From Octopus sinensis (taxonomy: Eukaryota), in NCBI RefSeq assembly GCF_006345805.1, contig NC_043018.1:27962001-28026000 (forward strand): a stretch of DNA of 64,000 nucleotides, in the 5' to 3' direction. A model generated the notes under the pieces. The model made no database searches, was not told the DNA's origin, and worked only from the letters and a program-made list of their open reading frames with translations. The position numbers were made by a program, and so were the translations under genes. Each line of letters starts with the position of its first letter. The stretch's first letter is position 1. This document shows positions 51,830 through 64,000 of the stretch, piece by piece.

Positions 51830-52225
51830 TGAGAGTGAGAGAGAGAGAGAGAGATTAAACTATAAGTGTTAAGGACAGAAAACGCAACAAGAAATTTTGA
51901 TGAAAAATATTAATTATATCGGTTAGTTTTTTAATTACTTCCTTAATCATACAAACAACAACAAAAACATTCAGTAGTCTTTGATAACTGTGGAGCTCTT
52001 GGCTTAGTTTCTCCTTGGGGCTGGCCAGATTGGAGCAATCTCAAGATTAATCAGCCGAAATTGCGAGGATGATACGGTTCTTGACTGAAGATAAAAGGCT
52101 TCGAATGACCCGTCTGTGTTTTTTTTGTATCGTCTATCTGGATGTTTTGTTGTCCCTTTTTGTATCAGCTAGTTGTCCGGATGTTTTGCCTTCTTGTCCC
52201 ATTTTGTATCTATTTTATCTATATA

Positions 52226-52300
<75 letters not shown>

Positions 52301-52306
52301 GATATG

Positions 52307-52353
<47 letters not shown>

Positions 52354-52702
52354 ATATACAACTATATATACATATATATATATATATATGTGTTTGTGTA
52401 TAGTATAATGTATATGTATATATATATATATATATATAATATATATATATATATACAAATTTTAACACTTATTTACACCAATTTCCACCACACAGGTTTT
52501 GACTACAGTGACTACACACTGTTTGGATATTCAACCAAGCATCATGGTCGGTGCAGATTCTTCAGGGTCCTCAACCTCTGCTGTTTCGAAGTAAAACTGA
52601 AGAAATCAACAAACTGAATTAATAAACTTTGTTGATTCCTTAAGCTTTACAAACACAGACACACACAAACACACACGCGCATATATATATATATATAATA
52701 TA

Positions 52703-52737
<35 letters not shown>

Positions 52738-52741
52738 CAAC

Positions 52742-52880
52742 GAGCTCTTTCAGTTCGTCTACCAGATCCCTTACAAGGCTTTGGTCGAGCTGAGGCTATA
52801 GCAGAAGACACTTGCCTAAGATGCCATGGAGTGGGACTGAAACCGGAAACATATGTTGGGAAGGAAGCATCTTACCACAT
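52742..52880 (-). mobile_element. SINE C 5' half abutting the gap
   Basis: CAAGGCTTTGGTCGAGCTGAGGCTATAGCAGAAGACACTTGCC..GGGACTGAAACCGGAAAC. Confidence 0.8.
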
Positions 52881-52980
52881 NNNNNNNNNNNNNNNNNNNN
52901 NNNNNNNNNNNNNNNNNNNNNNNNNNNNNNNNNNNNNNNNNNNNNNNNNNNNNNNNNNNNNNNNNNNNNNNNNNNNNNNN
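52881..52980. other. Assembly gap (100 N)
   Basis: Run of N flanked by two high-copy repeats. Confidence 1.
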
Positions 52981-53281
52981 GTGCGCGACATGGTGATCTC
53001 ATATCAAGATAAACAGCACATGACCTGCAGGTGGGGCCCAGTTAGAATTTTCTTCAGGTTGAGTAGCCCATCCCGCTCAAACGGTCCTGAATAAGGGTTG
53101 TTTAAGGATATTGAAAAAATCACCCATGTTTCCAGAGGTGAATTATTCAAACCCCCAAGAATCCCTCTCAACACATGGCTATGATGCTCCCCCACTACTG
53201 CTGCTCGTGATCAGAGATGCACATATCGTCAGCCACTAAGGGACATGCTCAACTGGTTAAGGTCAAACAACTGACAAGCAT
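52981..53281 (-). mobile_element. Family D repeat, followed by (TTA)n
   Basis: Homology to 38325-38600. Confidence 0.85.
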
Positions 53282-53324
53282 TATTATTATTATTATTACT
53301 GTTATCTCAAATTTTTCCACAAAT

Positions 53325-53510
53325 GCAGCTTGGGGGAGGTGAAGATGAGTTGATTACATCGACCCCAGTGTTCAACTGGTACTTATTTTATCGATCCCGA
53401 AAGGATGAAAGGCAAAGTTGACCTCGGCGAAATTTAAACTCAGAACGAAACGGCAAACGAAATACCGCTCAGCATTTGGCGTGCTAACAATTCTGCCAGC
53501 TCGCCGCCTG
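53325..53510 (-). mobile_element. SINE A
   Basis: CGACCCCAGTGTTCAACTGGTACTTATTTTATCGATCCCGAAAGGATGAAAGGCAAAGTTGACC. Confidence 0.85.
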
Positions 53511-53553
53511 ACAACTAATAATGATAATAATAATTATAATATAATAATAATAC

Positions 53554-53597
<44 letters not shown>

Positions 53598-53605
53598 TAA
53601 TAATG

Positions 53606-53637
<32 letters not shown>

Positions 53638-53640
53638 GAT

Positions 53641-53683
<43 letters not shown>

Positions 53684-53708
53684 CGTAATAATAATACTAT
53701 TAATAGTG

Positions 53709-53775
<67 letters not shown>

Positions 53776-54063
53776 CAACAACAACAGCGGTAGCAGTATT
53801 ACCAAAAGTGCTTGAGACGAGTACTAGACTATTTGTTATTGCATACATTGCTGTTCATACGACTGTTGCTATTGTAGTAGGGATAGTGGTCTTAGTAGCA
53901 GCAGCAGCAGTAGCAGCAGTAGCAGCAGTAGTAATAGTGGTTATTTTTGCATGTTCCTATCCATTTAGTCCCGTATATTAAATGACTACGAATCTAAAAA
54001 CATGTAGTTTTAGTCAAATTTTTGACATACACGCGCGCGCGCGCACAGACATGGATACATACT

Positions 54064-54097
<34 letters not shown>

Positions 54098-54169
54098 CAT
54101 ACACGCATACATATATACATATACATACATACATACATACATATATTTATATATATACATCTAATATAG

Positions 54170-54883
54170 AATAAATTTTTTCGAAAATAATTTTATCTAT
54201 GGCCCGCATATTAGAAATACCTTTAAAGGTTAAATTTATAAATAACTTATAAAATAAAGGCAAAAGAAAAAAATTCTAATGCCAAATATGCCGAAAATAG
54301 ACAAATTGTCAATAACCAATTATAGTTTATCACTATTAAACACGTTTCTCAAAACAAGCCGATAGAATTTCTAAAAAATTCCGTTATTACCGTATTGGTC
54401 CAAATTTCAGAATTAATTCATAAGAATTTTCTCCTCCTCAGCGATAAATACGTAAGACATAAATGAAATACTTACTCATACCCATGGAAAAAGCAAGCAC
54501 TAAGTCCTGAGCAGACCTAAGTACCCTAAATATATGCAAAATAGAAAATCTTCAGCACATCTCGAGGCACGTGTGATTCGAACTAGAAACTTTCACAGAG
54601 TGAGAGTCCGGAAGTGAACACTATTAAATTTACATCTAAAACTTTTCGAAAAAAATGTTATCAATGGCCAGCATATTAAAAAATACCTTTAAATGTTAAA
54701 TTTATAAATAACTTATAAAATAAGGGCAAAAGAAAACATTCTAATGCCAAATATGCCGAAAATAGACAAATTGTCAATAACCAATTATAATTTATCACTA
54801 TTAACACGTTTCTCTAAACAAGCCGATAGAAATTTCTAAAATTTTTTTTTAATATGCTGACCATTGATAAAAAATTTTTTCGA
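54170..54883. mobile_element. HHR-bearing ~465-bp unit, partial direct repeat and short inversion (same family as 29998)
   Basis: ATGGCC.GCATATT recurs at +465; 54851-54883 is an inverted copy of ~54645-54675. Confidence 0.8.
54387..54447 (-). ncRNA. Type I hammerhead, homolog of 30221
   Basis: TTATCG CTGAGGA GGAG..TTCT GAA ATTTGGACCAAT A CGGTAA; one helix III mismatch. Confidence 0.75.
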
Positions 54884-54884
54884 G

Positions 54885-54980
54885 GCTGTAATAGAACACA
54901 CCTGCCGAAGGCACCACTCAGTAGCACTGAACCCGGAACCATATGGTTAGGAAGCATTGTTCTTACCACCCGCCTCCACT
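54885..54980 (-). mobile_element. SINE C head fragment
   Basis: GCACTGAACCCGGAACCATATGGTTAGGAAGC..CTTACCAC. Confidence 0.65.
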
Positions 54981-56243
54981 GGGTCCTGGGCCAATGTTGG
55001 GTTGGGAAAAAAATCACTGATTTGTTTTCTTTCAAAGGAATATATAAAAGTTAAAGACTACTCTAAACGCTTAAAGCTTGTTCAGAGAAATTTTTTCCCT
55101 ATCAGGATTAATTGAGTGTATGTGTTTGTTAGTGAATGTGTGTGTGTATGTATGTATGTATGTGTGTGAAGGTGTGTGCGTGTGTGAGTGTGTGTGTATG
55201 TGTGTGTGTGTAAAACCCATTCGTACATAATGTTTTCAAAGATATTTAATTTAACTATAAAAAAAAAGGAAAGCTAAGACAACAACAAAAATCCACAAAC
55301 TCGATATGAAACAGAAGGAAGCATTTCTTTCTTTCTTTCCGTGCATCCATACTTTTATTTACTCTATCATAACCCTACGTCTAACACGTTACAGCGTAAC
55401 AAAACATAACGTATCATAACACGGCATATCGTAGCGCAAACTAGTTTCCATTCAAGAAGCAAATCAGAAGACGAGTAAAGCAACAACAACAACCACAGCA
55501 ACAACATCAACAGGAACAACAAACAACAAACACGAAAATAAAGATAAAGAAACTAAGAACTACCGAGAATCAAATAAGCGAGTTTATAAGCCTGTTACAT
55601 ATAAAGAACGCTTAGCAAAATAGAAATATATTTTTGCAAAAACTCAATATCGTTGGCTGTTTTAAAAGATCTAACTAATCTCCGAGGCTTCTCATTTAAA
55701 GAATTCCGTAAAGTCTCTTAATAAATTCTGCAAGTCAATCAAAACAAAATGGTGAATGTTTCTTATCGAAATCTTTCAAAAGACTTGAGATTTCTGATGA
55801 GGGATGGAGTCAAGGGATTGCTAAGTGCTCTGAAATCTTAGAAGATGGAGTAAGATAAAAATTAAATTATCCATATCTATAGCATGTAGCAATATAATAT
55901 GTCCCGCCTATACGGGCGACTATAATATGATATTTCAATAGATACATACATAAATATATATATATATATATATACATACATGCATATATATATATATCCA
56001 CATATAAATATATATATATATATAAGTACATATATATTTAAACATATATGTATGTGTGTGTTTCCATATATGTTTATATATAGGTATATATATATATATA
56101 TGGGTGTGTCTTTGTGAAGTTATTTATGTATATATATATATATATAGTATATATAAATATACATATATAGATATAGATATTATTGGCGGATGCACTTACA
56201 GATACATATACATGATTACATACATACATACATACATACATGC

Positions 56244-56292
<49 letters not shown>

Positions 56293-56638
56293 TATATACA
56301 TATATATAAATGTGTGCATACATACATACATACAAGCATACATACAAACATTTATACATACCTAATGTGGGGAATACTATTAAATATATTATTCTCTCAT
56401 TTTCAAATGCATATTTTTTAGCATATATCTGTATGTGTGTCTGTGTGTATAACAACAGTAGCCATATGTGCTTGTATATATGTGTGTATAAATTTATGAA
56501 TTTATAACATATGTACCTACCTACCTACATACATACCTACCTACCAACCTACCGACTTACCTACCTATCTAACTTACCACCTACGTATGTATCTATGAAG
56601 ATATCTATGTATCCATTTATCTATACCTATATACATAC

Positions 56639-56669
<31 letters not shown>

Positions 56670-56687
56670 ATACACATGTACATATAC

Positions 56688-56743
<56 letters not shown>

Positions 56744-56770
56744 TGTATATGTATATGCATATATATATAT

Positions 56771-56853
<83 letters not shown>

Positions 56854-57644
56854 GTATTGGTTGATAGTTGGATAACTAAATAGATAAATAGATACACATC
56901 TAAACAGATATAGTTCAAAATTTGTATACATATATACATACGTATATACAATCATATTCTCCCTATATTTGTGTCAAATTGAAAGCTACTTTGCAAACGA
57001 AAAAACTTTAATACGTACGTATTAATCTGTGTCGGTTTATGAATATTATAGAATGCATAAGTACAACTGTGCATCTAAGCACATGTGAAAAACTGACTCA
57101 GATGCAGAAGCTATGAACTAACAGAAAAATCAAAACTATAGAAACTTACATGTACAGAAACTTACATGTAGCATACAGAGATGCACGTACATGGCAGTAA
57201 TGGAATATATGTACACAAACACACACACATGTATACATATATACATTTACACACACACACACACATACACACTAGTATATATATATACTTATATATATAT
57301 ACATACATGTTTATATACACATATATATATGTATACATATATATATATACAAACATAGACATAGACATATGAATTTATATATATACGCATATGTATATGA
57401 ATATATATATATATATAGTCATATATACAGGTGCACATATTTATATACACACATATATATATATACATATATTAAAGATTATATAATACGTATATATATA
57501 TATGTATATATATATCAATATACATGCATATATAGATATATATATATTCATGTATACATATTGATATATATATATATACATATACATATATATATATATA
57601 TGTGTTGTATAGACAAGTATGGCTGTATGTCTAGATATATATGC

Positions 57645-57695
<51 letters not shown>

Positions 57696-58138
57696 GGTAT
57701 ATGTGTGTGTGTATACACATTCTTATATGAATGCAAAGAAGTGGTAACCTAAACATATGGAAAAACACACGTAGCACATATACGTGTTTATATAAGCATA
57801 AAATTATATTCATAAACACACTCGCACAGTCAATTACTTCTGTATGTATGTAGAGATAAACATAAGTAGATATGGATAGCTAGGACAACGAAATACATGA
57901 TATGGACCCAGAGGGCATGGAAATGAAATTTTTACTAAAAATTTCTAAAAGTTCTGATTTTCTAAATGTGTTAAGATGATGGGAATATGTTGGGGAAGGA
58001 GGGCATCATCGAACAGATGCCATGAAATGGTTAAATATTGATTTATACTCGTGGGAGAAACAATACCAAGGAATGAAAAATACGTTCATATATATACATA
58101 CATACATATATATGTATATATATATATAGTATATTGTT

Positions 58139-58183
<45 letters not shown>

Positions 58184-58298
58184 TATGCATATGTATACGT
58201 GTGTGTATACATTTATGTATGTATATATTCAAAAGGTAACCGCATATGAATCGCTGGCGATTTTTTTCCCTTCGTCTTCCTTTTCTATTGGACTCTCT

Positions 58299-58333
58299 GT
58301 TTATGAAGAAGAGCATTACTCGAAATGTTAAAC
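58299..58333 (+). ncRNA. Decayed minimal hammerhead (family of 41691)
   Basis: GTTT ATGAAGA A GAG catta CTC GAA ATGT T AAAC; flanks 58250-58360 homologous to 41660-41790. Confidence 0.5.
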
Positions 58334-58487
58334 CATCTTTCTTTCTTTCCCTGGGCGTGTTTGTTCTTCTTTGTTTGGGGAATACAATTAAATATATTAT
58401 TCTCTCATTTTCAAATGCATATTTTTTAGCATATATATGTATTTGCGTGTGTATGCTTGTGTGTGTATAGCAACAGTAGCCATATGT

Positions 58488-58715
58488 GCAAAGCAAATTA
58501 AATATAATTTGGGATTTTTTGCGAAGGGATAAAAGTGGTAACAAGAACAGGACAGTAAAAACAAAACAAATAAATGCGGTAAAATACAGGACAAGGAGAA
58601 TAACACAGTAAAGACAAACGGTAAGGGCTGTTAAGCCTTTGTTTTTACTGTCCTGTTTTTGTTACTACTTTTATCCCTCCGCAAAAAATCCCGAATTTTA
58701 TTTAATTTGCTTTGC
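58488..58715. repeat. ~78-bp inverted repeat with ~72-nt spacer
   Basis: 58488-58565 vs 58638-58715, few mismatches. Confidence 0.9.
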
Positions 58716-59223
58716 GGGAAGGACTGCTTCAACAAAGTCGAGTCTTGCCCTTACCTTCGAAACACGGTGTAGACGAAATGGAGGCGGCTGAAGAAGAGGA
58801 ATATTCCTTGTGTTGTATGTCTTGTACTCTGTTTTTTCGTTGTTTGAAAAAAAGTCCGTTTCCATGGTTTTGTTTTTATGTTTTCGTTACTCATTGTGTT
58901 CGACGTCTTTTTAGTGTCCTGTACTTATATATGCATGTATATATGCATATAGATGTAGGTATGTACATATGTGTATGTATATATGGATATGGTTTATTTA
59001 TTAGTTTGTTATTATATATATATATATATATATATTATTATATATAATATATATTTATATATATACGTACATACATGCAACACACATACGAACCCCCACA
59101 CACATATACATACACACACATAAATATATAGGGAAAATTCAAGAAAAAAACAACAAAAGACGAAGACAGGTGGTGTAGAAAACAAGCAGATGTATTAGTA
59201 TAACGCTCGGGAATTGAAAAAGT

Positions 59224-59259
59224 CTTTAACGTTTCGAGCCTACTTTCTTCCACAGAAAA
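59224..59259 (-). ncRNA. Decayed minimal hammerhead (family of 41691)
   Basis: TTTT CTGTGGA A GAAAGTAGGCTC GAA ACGT T AAAG; A6 is substituted. Confidence 0.4.
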
Positions 59260-59600
59260 GAACACACAAACAAACAAGGAGAAATACAAGGAGAGAATAT
59301 ATATATATATATATATATTTCAACAATTGAGGGTAAAATTAATTAATTAATCAATTTCACCAAGTATTCAGTATGCAAAGGGACCATTTAAGGCGAATTC
59401 AAATTATTACATTATATAAAAGGGCTTAGTAAAATAAATTACTTTGCCGCATACTGAACTCATTAGAAATAGCAGCTAAAAAAACTTTTTTAAAACTATT
59501 TCTAATACTTAAAGAAAACCTCTCTCATATAGTGTTTGCTCAATTCAACTCACGCAAATATGGGGGTAGAGACATTAAAAAATCAAGTGCAAAGGTTATT

Positions 59601-59652
59601 TGAGAACGTACGTTTCAAGATTAGTCAACACGACATTTCTATCATCAGCTCA
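59601..59652 (-). ncRNA. Type I hammerhead motif, copy 1 of 3
   Basis: TGAG CTGATGA T AGA..GTC..GAC..TCT T GAA ACGTACGT T CTCA; U-U opposition at 10.1/11.1. Confidence 0.65.
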
Positions 59653-60166
59653 GAACTCCCTGGTTTGGATTTGAAAACACTGAAAGTGGGAGCATACCCT
59701 TTCGGCCTCCTCTCGCTTCCGAAGATCTGCTCGTAACTAACAGTGCCAACAAACCCAAAAATGCAAGCGAAGAATTTCTGCTCTCCCCTTTCCACCAGCG
59801 TGGGTTAAAATCAGTAAACACTATGCTTTTTCGGTAAAGTCCGCGGCATTATATAGAGAGAGATGAATTATAATTTCAACAATTGAGGGTAAAATTAATT
59901 AATTAACCAATTTCACCAAGTATTCAGTATGCAAAGGGACCATTTAAGGCGAATTCAAATTATTACATTATATAAAAGGGCTTAGTAAAATAAATTACTT
60001 TGCCGCATACTGAACTCATTAGAAATAGCAGCTAAAAAAACTTTTTTAAAACTATTTCTAATACTTAAAGAAAACCTCTCTCATATAGTGTTTGCTCAAT
60101 TCAACTCACGCAAATATGGGGGTAGAGACATTAAATTTGTAGAGACATTAAAGTGCAAAGGTTATT

Positions 60167-60218
60167 TGAGAACGTACGTTTCAAGATTAGTCAACACGAC
60201 ATTTCTATCCTCAGCTCA
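60167..60218 (-). ncRNA. Type I hammerhead motif, copy 2 of 3 (CTGAGGA)
   Basis: As 59601, with the variable position 7 changed to G. Confidence 0.65.
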
Positions 60219-60711
60219 GAACTCCCTGGTTTGGATTTGAAAACACTGAAAGTGTGAGTTGAATTGAGCAAACACTATATGAGAGAGGTTTTCTTTAAGT
60301 ATTAGAAATAGTTTTAAAAAAGTTTTTTTAGCTGCTATTTCTAATGAGTTCAGTATGCGGCAAAGTAATTTATTTTACTAAGCCCTTTTATATAATGTAA
60401 TAATTTGAATTCGCCTTAAATGGTCCCTTTGCATACTGAATACTTGGTGAAATTGATTAATTAATTAATTTTACCCTCAATTGTTGAAATTATAATTCAT
60501 CTCTCTCTATATAATGCCGCGGACTTTACCGAAAAAAGCATAGTGTTTACTGATTTTAACCCACGCTGGTGGAAAGGGGAGAGCAAAAATTCTTCGCTTG
60601 CATTTTTGGGTTTGTTGGCACTGTTAGTTACGAGCAGATCTTCGGAAGCGAGAGGAGGCCGAAAGGGTATGCTCCCACTTTCAGTGTTTTCAAATCCAAA
60701 CCAGGGAGTTC

Positions 60712-60763
60712 TGAGCTGATGATAGAAATGTCGTGTTGACTAATCTTGAAACGTACGTTCTCA
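60712..60763 (+). ncRNA. Type I hammerhead motif, copy 3 of 3
   Basis: Inverted-arm copy of 59601-59652. Confidence 0.65.
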
Positions 60764-60959
60764 AATAACCTTTGCACTTGATTTTTTAATGTCTCTACCC
60801 CCATATTTGCGTGAGTTGAATTGAGCAAACACTATATGAGAGAGGTTTTCTTTAAGTATTAGAAATAGTTTTAAAAAAGTTTTTTTAGCTGCTATTTCTA
60901 ATGAGTTCAGTATGCGGCAAAGTAATTTATTTTACTAAGCCCTTTTATATAATGTAATA

Positions 60960-61001
<42 letters not shown>

Positions 61002-61371
61002 TAAAGACATTGTATTGTTGCAAATAGCAGAAACTGAGGTTTTTGCCCTCATTCCATGGTGTCTGAAGATTTCAAAACTAATAGATTCAATATCGAAGCT
61101 TCTCTGATCATAAGTCCGTTCGCTTGGAGCTATGATACAGTTAAATAGCAATAACTAATCAATCAATCAACCAACCAGCCAACCGAACGTCACGCCAAAT
61201 AACTAACTAATTAAAACAATTAATGAACAATACAATTAATGAACTAGCAATGTATTTTCTAATATATTTTCTAATTCGTTGATAAAATATCTTTGAAATA
61301 TTCTTTTGTGTTAATATGTTTGGATGTGGGTGTATGGGTAGGTGTGGGTAGTAAATATGTTCATTTAACTG

Positions 61372-61403
<32 letters not shown>

Positions 61404-61647
61404 ATATGTACGTATGTATACACAAAACATCCATGATGGAAACAACAAATGCACATCGATGCACACACACGCACACATATACACACACACGTATATGAAT
61501 ATATGTATACATGCACATACATATATTCAGATACGTATATGTGTAGATGTATATATATACATATACGTATATGTAGATCTATTCATACTTATAGAAGCAT
61601 GTGTGCATGTATATATATATATACATACATATATATATATATACATA

Positions 61648-61815
61648 TATACGACGGGCTTCTTTCAGTTTCCGTCTACCAAATCCACTGACAAGGCTTT
61701 GATCGGCCCGAGGCTATAGTAGAAGACACTTGCCCAAGGTGCCACGCAGTGGGACTGAACCCGGAACCATGTGGTTGGTAAATAAGCTACTTACCACACA
61801 GCCACTCCTGCTGTG
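61648..61815 (-). mobile_element. SINE C 5' half, well preserved
   Basis: CGACGGGCTTCTTTCAGTTTCCGTCTACC..GGGACTGAACCCGGAACCATGTGGTTGG..CACAGCCACTCCTG. Confidence 0.9.
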
Positions 61816-61816
61816 T

Positions 61817-61913
<97 letters not shown>

Positions 61914-62459
61914 GTGTATATATATATTATTTGCATTGTTCCAGATAAACTCTCGTTTATCCTGTTGTTACTTGCACTCTACATGTATGCTGTGTCTGCA
62001 CACCAATGCCCGGGGATAAAACATAAAACTCAAACCGATAGTATATATGTGGATATTTTATCCCTTAATCCATTATTATAACCGCTAACTCTGTTTACAC
62101 ACACACATGCACACACATACACTCACACATACACTCACATACACACACCCACACATATATTGATGCACACAAGTAAATACATAAATGTAAAACAAATTGG
62201 AATAGATAGTACTCGATTACCGAAGATAGAGTTTTTAATTGAAGTCGAATAATATTCTCACAAACTGTCCCTCGGAGTATTACGTTACCGTGTGTCGGAC
62301 AGTTGTAATCAAAACAGTCCAACGAATGCTAACGTGATACACAGAGTGACAGTCTTGTGAAGAATATTTTCGTTTCTAGTACATGCGAGTGTGTGAGAGT
62401 GTATACGTGTGTATAGATAAATAGATAGACACATAGATGAAATTGATAAATTAGATAAA

Positions 62460-62608
62460 TAGGTGTGGTAAGAAGCTTACTTCCCAACCACATCACTCCA
62501 TGTTCAGTCCCACTGCATGGCACTTTGTGCAGTTGTTTTCTACCAGAGCCCCGGGCTGATCAAAGCCTTGTGAGTGGATTTGGTAGACGGAAACTAAAAG
62601 AAGCCCGT

Positions 62609-62610
<2 letters not shown>
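62460..62610 (+). mobile_element. SINE C 5' half
   Basis: GTGTGGTAAGAAGCTTACTTCCCAACCAC..GGAAACTAAAAGAAGCCCGTTG-(TA)n. Confidence 0.85.
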
Positions 62611-62674
<64 letters not shown>

Positions 62675-62744
62675 ATATATATATATATATATGTATATAT
62701 ATGAATAAAAAATGGAGTTAACGCAGGCTTAAACAAGTATTTTT

Positions 62745-62828
62745 ACTTTCTACACGTTTCGAAAATTCCACTGATACTATTCAAAAGAATAAATGGTATA
62801 AACAATGCAATCTTCTCTTCGGGAAAGT
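62745..62828 (-). ncRNA. Type I hammerhead (C4 core) in the PLE end
   Basis: ACTTTC CCGAAGA GAAGATT..AATTTTC GAAAC GT GTA GAAAGT; 6-bp stem I; 7-bp stem II. Confidence 0.78.
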
Positions 62829-63817
62829 GAAAAAAACGAAACTCGTCAATACGACATTTTAGCAAAAAATGATGGATTTGTATAGCGATAGACAGAACGC
62901 TATTAATATTGTTTAAAAACGTTATATGATATAACGTCATAAGTAGCTAACAGAAAGAGTAGGGATATTAATAGTGAATGTTAAATATAAAGGAAATTAA
63001 AGTTTAAATTATATATAATGATAGAGACTACTTATATGCACTAAATGTATGTTTCTGCCAATGCTTACATCTGTATGCTCGTTCTATAACCGTGTTTACT
63101 AGAGTATTTTTAGAAAAAATAATGAAAAATAGCTCAGAATTGCAGAGAAGACAGAATTTCTTGCCTTTGTCATATGGTATCGAAATTGAGAGGATCAATC
63201 ATTCTAAATGAAATTGTTCATTGTGGTCTTTTAAATCCCAAAATCAGTTTGCTGAGACCGGTACTATTCCGTTTATTTCTATCCCTAAATGTTGAGTAAT
63301 GGATAGAAATTCTTTTAGATAACTCTAACGATGTGCTTCCAATGTAAAATCGTACTTCATTACGAGTACTGATTATAGACTGGTATATAAAATTTTTAAT
63401 CTTAGAGTTACTTGACATAATATTTCTAGAGGGTTTGATGGTATTAGCTAAATTAATGTTAGTATTAGTAAATGTATTAATATTTAACAGTTTGTTATTA
63501 TGAGAGAATATAATTTGCAAGAGATTTTTTGTGTTTGAAAAACTTATCCTAACCTTATGTGAATTAATTATAGAGTAATATCTAGAATTGTTTGGAAAAG
63601 TACCGGTCTCAGCAAACTGATTTGGGATTTAAAAGACCACAATGAACAATTTCATTTAGAATGGTTGATCCTCTCAATTTCGATACCATATGACAAAGGC
63701 AAGAAATTTTGTCTTCTCTGCAATTCTGAGCTATTTTTCATTATTTTTTCTAAAAATACTCTAGTAAACACGGTTATAGAACGAGCATACAGATGTAAGC
63801 ATTGGCAGAAACATACA

Positions 63818-63901
63818 TTTCCCGAAGAGAAGATTGCATTGTTTATACCATTTATTCTTTTGAATAGTATCAGTGGAATTTTCGAAACATGTGTAGAAAG
63901 T
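63818..63901 (+). ncRNA. Type I hammerhead (C4 core), inverted copy
   Basis: TTTC CCGAAGA GAAGATT..AATTTTC GAAAC ATGT GTA GAAAG. Confidence 0.72.
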
Positions 63902-64000
63902 AAAAATACTTGTTTAAACCTGCGTTAACTCCATTTTTTATTCATATTATTCAAAATATTCAACGTAAACACGAAGTTTCAACCTTTATAAACAAGGAGT

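Larger units (their letters stand above)
59318..60963. mobile_element. 556-bp HHR-bearing unit in tandem and inverted copies forming a ~710-bp-arm palindrome
   Basis: TTTCAACAATTGAGGG recurs at +556; 59401-60109 is inverted at 60254-60963 and near-identical; (TA)n on both sides. Confidence 0.9.
62701..63946 (-). mobile_element. Penelope-like element 3' end: GIY-YIG endonuclease plus inverted pLTR-like copy
   Basis: Minus: NFIYQSIISTRNEVRFYIGST..KRISIH..NSTGLSKL; plus copy 63597-63946: KLIWDLKD..EW.I..YDKGKKFCLLCNSE..RCKH; 62701-62822 inverted at 63821-63946. Confidence 0.88.

Noticed and set aside
55794-55845. CTGATGA..GAAA
   Set aside because: Poor stem II; no helix III/UH and no stem I
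59536-60828. Identical 66-aa ORFs on opposite strands
   Set aside because: A consequence of the palindrome; the ORF is antisense to the HHR and starts at TTG

Overview
AT-rich, microsatellite-saturated animal genomic DNA with a 100-N scaffold gap at 52881-52980. The SINE families and repeat density suggest Octopus (inference from recall, not a database hit). I found no host protein-coding exon with confidence; nearly all long ORFs in the track are translated microsatellites. The recognisable coding sequence is decayed transposon: two R4/Dong-type non-LTR fragments (RT, CCHC finger, REL endonuclease) in (AAT)n arrays, two Penelope-like (PLE) GIY-YIG remnants with inverted pLTR-like copies, a mariner, and a Tc1/maT-like transposase. 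There are also several tRNA-derived SINE families, two non-autonomous Helitrons, a MITE and a Tc1 IR/DR remnant. The main hidden signal is RNA structure. By eye I found 17 type I hammerhead-ribozyme (HHR) motifs, intact to decayed, from about 9 distinct repeat families. Most have short, often palindromic helix III and lie in PLE ends or in 429-556 bp tandem/fold-back units resembling retrozymes or pLTRs. Core variants include U3:A8, C4 and an extra A after A9. A unique-looking hairpin at 27279-27341 is a pre-miRNA candidate. All folds were made by hand, repeat boundaries are approximate, and single-base indels may be assembly errors.
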